This document shows positions 55,047 through 61,795 of a DNA stretch of 64,000 nucleotides, one piece after another. The translations under genes were made by a program, and so were the position numbers. This DNA comes from a virus, in the IMG/VR virus record IMGVR_UViG_3300021963_000113, positions 3,835-67,834 of that record, one strand, 5' to 3'. Under the pieces are notes generated by a model. The model did no database searches. It worked only from the letters and a program-made list of their open reading frames with translations, and was not told the origin of the DNA. Numbering within the stretch: position 1 is the stretch's first letter; each line of letters begins with the position of its first letter.

Positions 55047-55088
55047 CGTTCCGAGTCGGCTTACTTCCGTCGCATATAGCGATGAACG
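55047..55088 (-). ncRNA. Glutamine riboswitch-like (glnA-motif-like) aptamer 1
   Basis: CGTTCA-TCGC-TATAT-GCGA-CGGAAGTAAGCCGACTCGGAACG. Confidence 0.75.
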
Positions 55089-55097
55089 TATTGTATA

Positions 55098-55126
55098 TAT
55101 TTATTTGATTTGGTAACATTTAATAC
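55098..55126 (-). promoter_or_regulatory. NtcA-box-like site plus late-type promoter upstream of the aptamers
   Basis: GTA-N8-TAC at 55113-55126; AATAAATA at 55098-55105. Confidence 0.55.
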
Positions 55127-55129
55127 CAA

Positions 55130-55201
55130 TGGGAACAGATAGATTTGAACTATCGACCTCCGCGTTATCAGCACGTTGCTCTACCACTGAGCTATGCTCC
55201 C
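55130..55201 (-). tRNA. tRNA-Ile(GAU)
   Basis: Cloverleaf; anticodon loop CTGATAA. Confidence 0.93.
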
Positions 55202-55204
55202 ATA

Positions 55205-55276
55205 TGGGTCTGGTGGGATTTGAACCCACAACTTCCAGGTTAAAAGCCCGTTACTCTACCATTGAGTTACAGACCC
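55205..55276 (-). tRNA. tRNA-Lys(UUU)
   Basis: Cloverleaf; anticodon loop CTTTTAA. Confidence 0.95.
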
Positions 55277-55280
55277 TCAA

Positions 55281-55362
55281 TGGGCAGGGAGGGATTTGAA
55301 CCCCCGTAGGCAGAGCCAGCGGATTTACAGTCCGCCTCCATTAACCACTCGGACACCTACCC
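55281..55362 (-). tRNA. tRNA-Tyr(GUA)
   Basis: Cloverleaf with variable arm; anticodon loop CTGTAAA. Confidence 0.95.
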
Positions 55363-55458
55363 AGATGGAGCAAGTGTGATACACCTCAAGGATGTAACAG
55401 TGACTTGCCCTCTATCTCACCACGGCATTCTGGTTTATCTTTCCAGCGCAAGTGGTAA

Positions 55459-55530
55459 CTGGAGTGGTGGGATTCGAACCTACGACCAATCGGTTAACAG
55501 CCGACCGCTCTACCACTGAGCTACACTCCA
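55459..55530 (-). tRNA. tRNA-Asn(GUU)
   Basis: Cloverleaf; anticodon loop CTGTTAA. Confidence 0.95.
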
Positions 55531-55536
55531 ATGAAA

Positions 55537-55707
55537 TCAGGACTGTTTAGTGTCCATCATGTATTCTACTGTGTTTGCAATATCATTCATTGCATCACGT
55601 AGAAAAGGTCGTTGACCAGATTCCTGGCGAACTATTGGGCGATGATCATCAGTGAGCGACCATCGCCATTGCTTCAACATTTCACAATACCATAGATTAA
55701 TCTTCAT
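55537..55707 (-). CDS. Hypothetical protein
   Basis: Start trimmed to MKINLWYC..QWRW.L..ESGQ. Confidence 0.65.
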   Translation of the reverse strand: MKINLWYCEMLKQWRWSLTDDHRPIVRQESGQRPFLRDAMNDIANTVEYMMDTKQS

Positions 55708-55900
55708 GTTTGCTATACTCCAATCGTATCCAGTTGAGAAGTGCGTAGACTTCTGACAATTCTGATTTGTATTCGGTATAGTCTGTGTCATCAAAAAGTT
55801 TTTCTTTTTCAAAAAATTCAATTTCACTGGTCAAAAAATCCACATAATGATTGAATACATTGATTGCAAGTTGTCTGTCTCTCTGTGAAATAAGTGACAT
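55697..55900 (-). CDS. Hypothetical protein
   Basis: GAGG RBS; begins MSLISQRDR. Confidence 0.65.
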   Translation of the reverse strand: MSLISQRDRQLAINVFNHYVDFLTSEIEFFEKEKLFDDTDYTEYKSELSEVYALLNWIRLEYSKHED

Positions 55901-55922
55901 GTTATTTATCCTCAGGGATAAG

Positions 55923-55994
55923 AGCGGAGTATCGGAATCGAACCGACGACATCTAACTTGGAAGGATAGCGTTCTACCGCTGAACTAACTCCGC
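55923..55994 (-). tRNA. tRNA-Gly(UCC)
   Basis: Cloverleaf; anticodon loop CTTCCAA. Confidence 0.93.
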
Positions 55995-56080
55995 ATGGCA
56001 GGAAGGAGAGCTCTTGATGCAATCGCAGGATCACTTCCCCCTTGGCCTCCTTCTAGGCTGTCTGCCTAACGAGTAACCAA

Positions 56081-56162
56081 TGTCGATGAGAGGACTTGAA
56101 CCTCCACGAATAAATTCACTGGAACCTAAACCCAGCGCGTCTACCAATTCCGCCACATCGAC
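56081..56162 (-). tRNA. tRNA-Leu(UAG)
   Basis: Cloverleaf with variable arm; anticodon loop TTTAGGT. Confidence 0.95.
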
Positions 56163-56163
56163 T

Positions 56164-56199
56164 TATTTATATTATACCCGAGAGGGTGGGGGATGTCAA
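56164..56199 (-). promoter_or_regulatory. Composite early and late promoter for the tRNA cluster
   Basis: TTGACA-N17-TATAAT overlapping TATAAATA. Confidence 0.85.
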
Positions 56200-56335
56200 C
56201 CCCCCGTTGCTCGGCTCGCCACTTGCCCTTTGACCAGAGGCAAGAAACTGGGCGGGAGTTATCCCCATCCGCACCACCAGTTTTTGAGAGAAACTGGAAA
56301 CTCATCGAGGGGGTTTCCCGACCAGGGCACTTTTA
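56198..56335 (-). ncRNA. manA-like structured RNA
   Basis: GAGTTTCCAGTTTCTC..AAACTGGTGG and GTTTCTTGCC..GGCAAGTGGCGAGCC modules, closed by AACCCCC/GGGGGGTT, next to tRNAs. Family assigned from recall. Confidence 0.65.
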
Positions 56336-56338
56336 ACG

Positions 56339-56575
56339 TCATTCCGAGACGGTTTGAGGAATTAAATCCTCGTATGCAGCATCTACTGCGTCCTGAAATT
56401 TACTATACGGTCCATGATTAACATCATTATACACATAGTAATACTTGTTTTCAACCTCTAGCACATCGAAATAAGTAATAACTTTATCTCCGTTGTCAAG
56501 GTCTTCAACGATTCGCATCCTAACAGGATTTGTATCAACAGGTTGCATAACATTCAAAGGGTAACGTGACTCCAC
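56339..56575 (-). CDS. Hypothetical protein
   Basis: HGPY..F.DAV.AA motif; operon context. Confidence 0.6.
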   Translation of the reverse strand: MESRYPLNVMQPVDTNPVRMRIVEDLDNGDKVITYFDVLEVENKYYYVYNDVNHGPYSKFQDAVDAAYEDLIPQTVSE

Positions 56576-56583
56576 CAGTGCTT

Positions 56584-57039
56584 TTAAAGTCTCTCCGTGA
56601 CTTGTTTTTCAAAGATATATAGGTCTTTTCCACCCCACACAATTTCACCGTTTTTGATACCAGCATCATAACACAACACCTGATTGCCTGTCAAGGTCAT
56701 TCTGGTTTCCATACGAGCATCATAAAGAATGCATTCTTCGTGATTAGTGCCCTCCCATGCTGTTGATGTGCGAGTGAAAATCATATCACATGGATACTTT
56801 TCCCAGTTGGCATCATAGTTTCTGACAATAATATTATTACCAGAGATTTCTAGTCGATGATACTTCTCTCTATAAGGAGCATCTTCACCAGCATAGTTAT
56901 ACCAGTGCTTAGAGTGAATTTCATTCTCTCCCACTTGCTCCCAATAGCAGTGAATGTATGCAAACTTAGATGGATTTACAAATGCTTGGTCTCTATTGTG
57001 ATAACGACCAAGTAGAAAAGAAAGAAAGTCTTCTATCAT
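56584..57039 (-). CDS. cpeT: T-type phycobiliprotein (bilin) lyase
   Basis: G.Y.N..QA..NP..FA.I, PYR, CDM.F, W.G and D.G...G..VWG motifs. Confidence 0.88.
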   Translation of the reverse strand: MIEDFLSFLLGRYHNRDQAFVNPSKFAYIHCYWEQVGENEIHSKHWYNYAGEDAPYREKYHRLEISGNNIIVRNYDANWEKYPCDMIFTRTSTAWEGTNHEECILYDARMETRMTLTGNQVLCYDAGIKNGEIVWGGKDLYIFEKQVTERL

Positions 57040-57245
57040 GATAGGTCTACTAGCGCGTCATCCTTAGGTTTATAATATGAATAAGGGTCTTCATCAAGAC
57101 CGAGATAGGGAGCATAGATACCCATATGGTCATCGTATTTTACTGGTGTGCTAGCAACTTGAGTATCTTCACGAAGATACTTTGCCATTTCTGTCAGAGC
57201 ATCAATCGCTCGCTCTAATTGATATAGTGCTTTATCATTCATCAT
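57036..57245 (-). CDS. Hypothetical protein
   Basis: Overlapping operon ORF. Confidence 0.6.
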   Translation of the reverse strand: MMNDKALYQLERAIDALTEMAKYLREDTQVASTPVKYDDHMGIYAPYLGLDEDPYSYYKPKDDALVDLS

Positions 57246-57519
57246 CGTCGTCTCCTTTAACGTAAGCAGGAACTCGGTCTGGGTCTAGCCAACAAGTATA
57301 GTCATGGTCTTCCATGGCAGTCAGCAGTTGCATTTCATTGTCACAAAGATACATATCGCGGTAACGACCAGTGTATGCATCTACTTTTTGAATACGACAA
57401 TCGGGTTTGCCGTTGATTTCAAGGGTGCCTACTTGCACATAACGATAAGGAAAGCGGTCAAGAAGAACCGTCACGCGGCTTCGGTTTGTTGCACTCATTG
57501 CAGTAGTAGGAGAATCCAT
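57235..57519 (-). CDS. Cyanophage hypothetical protein
   Basis: RFPYRYV..G.LE.NG.PD.RIQK..Y.DMYLCDN.MQ; promoter-like TTGACA-N18-TAAAAT upstream. Confidence 0.75.
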   Translation of the reverse strand: MDSPTTAMSATNRSRVTVLLDRFPYRYVQVGTLEINGKPDCRIQKVDAYTGRYRDMYLCDNEMQLLTAMEDHDYTCWLDPDRVPAYVKGDDDDE

Positions 57520-57590
57520 TACGAAAGTATTTTACCACCTGATAGTGGTCGCTGTCAAGGGGTTTCTCGGTGTCGCATTTAGAGCAAACC

Positions 57591-58172
57591 CTAGTCCCAC
57601 CACCAGCAGAGGTTTTCAAGGGTGTTGATGAATTGCTCATGATAGACCGTACGACTTGGATTAGGTTTGCCATCTTTCATGTCTTGGAGATACTGCATTA
57701 TACCACGAACCACTGGAGTGTCTTGAAAGTATTCGTGCATTCGGTAACAATCAAACTTCTCATTGTATTGAATGAAGTCATGGAGAGGTGCCATGTTGCG
57801 ACGGTATGCACGAATGAATACGTCTTCATCTTTGATACCGTGCTTATTACGAATGTCAAGTGGTGTATATTTTTCACCATTATATTCTTCATCCAGTTCT
57901 TCTGGGTCACCAAATACAAAGTGAAGGTCTTCGTAATACTTCTCCATCAACTCTAGGTCTGGTGCTACACGAAGTTCTTCATTCTCTTCCAAGTAATAAT
58001 CCATTCTGCGTTTCGCGTCTGAGTCTGTCAGACGAAATACGATGTTACCGATGTAGTAATTTACTGGACCACCATATGTGCTTTCTGATAGTTTCTTACG
58101 AAAGGATAAATGAATAATTTTAAATCCAGGCTCTTCATTCTCTTCCATTACTAAACCTTGCGAAATGCTCAT
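57591..58172 (-). CDS. Hypothetical protein (193 aa)
   Basis: Long ORF ending LCWWWD. Confidence 0.7.
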   Translation of the reverse strand: MSISQGLVMEENEEPGFKIIHLSFRKKLSESTYGGPVNYYIGNIVFRLTDSDAKRRMDYYLEENEELRVAPDLELMEKYYEDLHFVFGDPEELDEEYNGEKYTPLDIRNKHGIKDEDVFIRAYRRNMAPLHDFIQYNEKFDCYRMHEYFQDTPVVRGIMQYLQDMKDGKPNPSRTVYHEQFINTLENLCWWWD

Positions 58173-58173
58173 G

Positions 58174-58389
58174 TCAATACCTATCAGGAATGTTATCGTA
58201 ATCTAGTGGGTGGTCTTGTTTCTTTTCTTGCTTGCGAAACTTTTTAAGGTCTTCAAACAACTCTTTGATTTTTTTATATGCCGCGTCGGCATCTTCTTTT
58301 CCTGCCATCTCAGCAGCAATAATATATTCCACCTTTTTACCGAAGTCAAATAGGTGATACTCAAAATCTGTTTGATGTTGATATGACAT
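58174..58389 (-). CDS. Hypothetical protein
   Basis: AGGAGGT RBS; FG.KV..I.A.E..GK...AY..IK. Confidence 0.7.
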   Translation of the reverse strand: MSYQHQTDFEYHLFDFGKKVEYIIAAEMAGKEDADAAYKKIKELFEDLKKFRKQEKKQDHPLDYDNIPDRY

Positions 58390-58411
58390 ATGACCTCCTT
58401 TTTATTTTATA

Positions 58412-58504
58412 TAGGAGTGGAGGGACTCGAACCCCCAACCGCGCACTAATCTGGTGCATACAGAAGGTATAAGCTTCTCGCTCTGCCAATTGAGCTACAC
58501 TCCC
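58412..58504 (-). tRNA. tRNA with UAU anticodon (Ile?) and a long variable arm
   Basis: 7-bp acceptor stem; AGAAG-CTTATAC-CTTCT; extra arm TGCAC-CAGATTA-GTGCG. Confidence 0.8.
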
Positions 58505-58509
58505 ATAGG

Positions 58510-58582
58510 TGCTCCTTGCGTGGATCGAACACGCCTCAGGCGAATTATGAGTTCGCTGCATTCACCAGATTGCTAAAGGAGC
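58510..58582 (-). tRNA. tRNA-Met/Ile2(CAU)
   Basis: Cloverleaf; anticodon loop CTCATAA. Confidence 0.9.
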
Positions 58583-58589
58583 TAATGAA

Positions 58590-58662
58590 TGGAGAATAGG
58601 GGACTCGAACCCCTGACTTACAGCTTGCAAAGCTGTCACTCTACCAACTGAGTTAATTCCCC
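58590..58662 (-). tRNA. tRNA-Ala(UGC)
   Basis: Cloverleaf with G3:U70; anticodon loop TTTGCAA. Confidence 0.95.
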
Positions 58663-58809
58663 TTGTATTCGCTCATAATTTTGATATGGCGTCAGAAGAA
58701 CATCACTGCCATCACTGGTAGTAATAATAAAACTTTCTTTATTGAGCATCACTTCGTCCATGATTGCATCAAAGTCGTGGCAAAAAGTTTCTTCTGAAAT
58801 AGTTTTCAT
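58636..58809 (-). CDS. Phd/YefM antitoxin-fold-like small protein
   Basis: MKTIS..F..DF..IMDEV....E.FIIT...G.DVLL.P...YE pattern. Confidence 0.6.
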   Translation of the reverse strand: MKTISEETFCHDFDAIMDEVMLNKESFIITTSDGSDVLLTPYQNYERIQGELTQLVE

Positions 58810-59069
58810 ACCATACACTCCATGTCTTTTTCTTCTTGTAGGCAACCAATACTGGTTAGATATTCAATAGTGTCGGTGCATCCACCCATAATCATACCAT
58901 CAAGAGTTACCTGTGGAAAGGTAGCACCTTGACCAAACTCAGTATAAAATCCTTCACGAGTAAAGTCATCGTCAAGTTTGTATTGTGTGTATTTCACATC
59001 AAAACTATCAAGAATCATCTTGAGTTTGCTGCAATACTGACAATTTTCACGAGTGTAAATAACTAACAT
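58806..59069 (-). CDS. nrdC: Glutaredoxin (second copy)
   Basis: CQYC, FG.GATFPQV and GGC.D motifs. Start trimmed because the longer ORF overlaps tRNA-Pro. Confidence 0.88.
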   Translation of the reverse strand: MLVIYTRENCQYCSKLKMILDSFDVKYTQYKLDDDFTREGFYTEFGQGATFPQVTLDGMIMGGCTDTIEYLTSIGCLQEEKDMECMV

Positions 59070-59089
59070 TAAATCTCCTATAAGAAGAA

Positions 59090-59163
59090 TCGGGATGACA
59101 GGATTCGAACCTGCGACATCTCGCTCCCAAAGCGAGTGCTCTACCAAACTGAGCTACATCCCG
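59090..59163 (-). tRNA. tRNA-Pro(UGG)
   Basis: Cloverleaf; anticodon loop TTTGGGA. Confidence 0.95.
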
Positions 59164-59239
59164 TGGTGAGTCGGATATGATGGTCCCGACTCGTTATGAA
59201 AACCTCTTTTTAGGCTATCTGCCTAACGAGTGCCTTCAA

Positions 59240-59324
59240 CGGAAAGGGTGGGATTCGAACCCACGGAAGCTTTCACTTCGCTGGTTTTCAAGACCAGAGC
59301 CTTCAACCACTCGACCACCTTTCC
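59240..59324 (-). tRNA. tRNA-Ser(UGA)
   Basis: Cloverleaf with variable arm; anticodon loop CTTGAAA. Confidence 0.95.
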
Positions 59325-59337
59325 AAGTGACCTCCTA

Positions 59338-59366
59338 ATTATATAGGAGGTTGGGGGTTGTGTCAA
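59338..59366 (-). promoter_or_regulatory. Early promoter for tRNA-Ser
   Basis: TTGACA-N17-TATAAT. Confidence 0.85.
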
Positions 59367-59378
59367 CCCCCCTGGTTA

Positions 59379-59744
59379 TCAAAAGGTATAACGAACTTTC
59401 AGTTCACCACCAAGAGCGAAGATTTCGGAATCGAAACCATGCTCACCAGCAACCTTGGCTTTAATAGAAACGCTTTCGCCCACGGGGAAAGTAGCACCAA
59501 GTTCACCAACAGCAACTGCTTCGTTGCCAAGACCAGCATTATTCCACTCATAACCAGGACCAATCTCAGCAAAGAGAGTGATACCATTTTCCAGTTTCTG
59601 CTCATAACCAACACGAAGTTCGGTTTGAGCACCAGTGTAATCACCATCCACCATAGCGCCAGTGGTTTTAGATTCCACATAAGGAGCTGCCATAGCAGGT
59701 GCTGCAATCATGGGGAGAGCAGCAAGAGAAATCAGTTGTTTCAT
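59379..59744 (-). CDS. Small outer-membrane beta-barrel-like protein
   Basis: Signal peptide ending in AMA, alternating beta-strand pattern, and C-terminal VRYTF. Confidence 0.75.
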   Translation of the reverse strand: MKQLISLAALPMIAAPAMAAPYVESKTTGAMVDGDYTGAQTELRVGYEQKLENGITLFAEIGPGYEWNNAGLGNEAVAVGELGATFPVGESVSIKAKVAGEHGFDSEIFALGGELKVRYTF

Positions 59745-59786
59745 ACTTTTTTAATGTATCAGTTTACAAAATGCCCATAAGGGCAA

Positions 59787-59877
59787 CGGAAGTGGTTGGA
59801 TTTGAACCAACGGATGCCCACAAAAAGACATCGGGGGATTAGCAATCCCCTGCATTAAACCGCTCTGCCACACTTCC
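59787..59877 (-). tRNA. tRNA-Ser(GCU)
   Basis: Cloverleaf with long variable arm; anticodon loop TTGCTAA. Confidence 0.93.
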
Positions 59878-60134
59878 TAACGGATTTCAAACTCCATTTT
59901 TCTGGGTATTCTCTTAGTATAACCTGATACTGGTTGTGTGTCAAGCTTTTTTTCTTTCGGTTTTCCGACTCCATCAATACCCGTAATAACAGACAAATCA
60001 TTACCTGAGATGATAGGCATACCACTTCTATCCAATCTCAATAGAGTATGATTATCACACCCACATGCTTTGCTTTTGTTTGCTTGTGTTACTTCTAATT
60101 CTACACCACATGCGTTACATCTGATCCTTGCCAT
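59877..60134 (-). CDS. Small putative zinc-binding protein
   Basis: CNAC..CGC.N pattern. Confidence 0.7.
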   Translation of the reverse strand: MARIRCNACGVELEVTQANKSKACGCDNHTLLRLDRSGMPIISGNDLSVITGIDGVGKPKEKKLDTQPVSGYTKRIPRKMEFEIR

Positions 60135-60342
60135 TTTCTTTCATCCATTCTTTCATTGCTTTTTGCATATCATTATAATCTTTATCAAGCTGTCGCTTCA
60201 TTTTAATCTTCATAAAAAATGTGATGACTTTAATTCGTGCTAGTTGAGTCATCAAATTAATAAACTTCGGCACATTCGGGTCTTGCCAAAGAATGTATAC
60301 GATAGCAGCGATTGCTGCCATTGAAATGTAATATGTATTCAT
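60115..60342 (-). CDS. Hypothetical membrane protein
   Basis: N-terminal TM segment. Confidence 0.65.
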   Translation of the reverse strand: MNTYYISMAAIAAIVYILWQDPNVPKFINLMTQLARIKVITFFMKIKMKRQLDKDYNDMQKAMKEWMKENGKDQM

Positions 60343-60351
60343 AGTTTAATA

Positions 60352-60423
60352 TGGGCGATACTGGAATCGAACCAGTGACTTACCACTTGTAAGGAGGCCA
60401 CTCTACCGCTGAGTTAATCGCCC
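60352..60423 (-). tRNA. tRNA-Val(UAC)
   Basis: Cloverleaf; anticodon loop CTTACAA. Confidence 0.92.
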
Positions 60424-60499
60424 TGGCGTCTCGGGCTGGGATCGAACCAGCGACCAACTGCTTAGAAGGCAGATGCTCTATCCGCTGAGCTACCGAGAC
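60424..60499 (-). tRNA. tRNA-Arg(UCU), CCA encoded
   Basis: Cloverleaf; anticodon loop CTTCTAA. Confidence 0.95.
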
Positions 60500-60507
60500 A
60501 TGTATGT

Positions 60508-60536
60508 ATTATATCACTGCTTTGGGCAGTTGTCAA
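60508..60536 (-). promoter_or_regulatory. Early promoter for tRNA-Arg
   Basis: TTGACA-N17-TATAAT, partly inside the upstream ORF. Confidence 0.85.
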
Positions 60537-60915
60537 GCCAAGGAGCACAGAGTCTCATGGGTGGTGCGAGTGATTTACACTCTTCAGTGTAGCATATCGA
60601 TTCGTTGTTTGCTTCTTCTATATAGCGAGGTTTTGATACCTCTGCTTTTGATAATCCAGATTGTCTCCAGTAGTCATCTACTGCTCTGTCTACGTCTCTC
60701 GTAATTCTTCTGTTTAGTTTCTCAGGATCTTTAAGTATAAACTCATTAAGCATAGTTTGTGGGAAATATTTTCTTTGAATCTCATCCAGTAAATCCCATA
60801 ATCCATTTTCAGATACTCCAGTGCATTGTGAGAGTGCTGCAATAACAGATGATAATATTACTGCAAGTATAGCGTATTGTTTTATATCAGGTTTCTTCTT
60901 TCCGAAGTTAAACAT
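60514..60915 (-). CDS. Membrane-anchored hypothetical protein
   Basis: MFNFGKKK followed by a TM segment; Cys-rich C-terminus. Confidence 0.7.
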   Translation of the reverse strand: MFNFGKKKPDIKQYAILAVILSSVIAALSQCTGVSENGLWDLLDEIQRKYFPQTMLNEFILKDPEKLNRRITRDVDRAVDDYWRQSGLSKAEVSKPRYIEEANNESICYTEECKSLAPPMRLCAPWLDNCPKQ

Positions 60916-60954
60916 AGGGGAGTTCTGCAGCACTCCCCCGTATTTATTCGATTG

Positions 60955-61590
60955 TCAAACTTCTACCGTAATCAGTTTGTTGGCATACTCATAGGCATAA
61001 TCTGTACGGGCACCATGAATACCCCAACCAATCCAACTGTACGCATAATTCATGTAGCGAGAGATTGATTTGCCAGGAGTTTTCATCTTCTCCTCAATCT
61101 CTTTCCACTGAATTTCATTAGTTAGATAACGAAGTTGCGTCTCAAGCGATGATGGAGAACCACCATACTTTCTAGCAAAATCACCCAGTCCATGATAACG
61201 ATTGGCAGATGTCCATTGGATCAGTCCATAACCGCCGTAGCAATTATGATAACTGGTCCTGCTACCACCTTCACAAATATTAGGAACAAAAGTAGACTCT
61301 TGCTTAATATTGCCCATGATAGTAGCAAGGGCGTTTCTGTCTTTAATACCTCTGTCTTGGAAATATTCCAAAGCAAGGTTTTCATGTGTCGAACACCCTT
61401 TACAAATTAACCTTTTCTCTTTTGGTTTTTCGGGAGCAACCGTTCTGGTCGCTGTCTTTGTTTCAAACTCCTTGATAATAGCAAATGGGGGTGGACCCTG
61501 GACTGGAGGAGGTGGAAACAATGGCATCGTTGCCGTTGTGGTTGTAACCGATGCCAGGAGAGGCAGGGTTACTGTAAGGAATTGTTGCAT
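60955..61590 (-). CDS. Phage-tail-lysozyme-family muramidase with an N-terminal hydrophobic leader
   Basis: A.IMGNI.QES.F.P, GYGLIQWT and L.TQL.YL motifs. Confidence 0.8.
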   Translation of the reverse strand: MQQFLTVTLPLLASVTTTTATMPLFPPPPVQGPPPFAIIKEFETKTATRTVAPEKPKEKRLICKGCSTHENLALEYFQDRGIKDRNALATIMGNIKQESTFVPNICEGGSRTSYHNCYGGYGLIQWTSANRYHGLGDFARKYGGSPSSLETQLRYLTNEIQWKEIEEKMKTPGKSISRYMNYAYSWIGWGIHGARTDYAYEYANKLITVEV

Positions 61591-61724
61591 TTAAATTGAT
61601 TGAACTCTACATCCCAATAGAAGGGGGGTATACCAATCCTCTCGGAGGGCACCTTCCTGGGCTCTAATTGTCACATCACTTTCTCATAATGCGAAACCTG
61701 CCCCTTTCGGTAGCAGGTCGTAAC

Positions 61725-61753
61725 ATAATATCACGTATTTATGAAGTTGTCAA
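61725..61753 (-). promoter_or_regulatory. Early promoter with an embedded late element
   Basis: TTGACA-N17-TATTAT, with CATAAATA in the spacer. Confidence 0.7.
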
Positions 61754-61795
61754 GTTTGATAAATAGATATGGTCATCTTATATACCAAAAGAACA

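Noticed and set aside
61592-61722. c-di-AMP (ydaO) riboswitch upstream of the wall hydrolase
   Set aside because: The GCUGAA and UCAGCUAA consensus elements are absent; kept as an unassigned structured leader.
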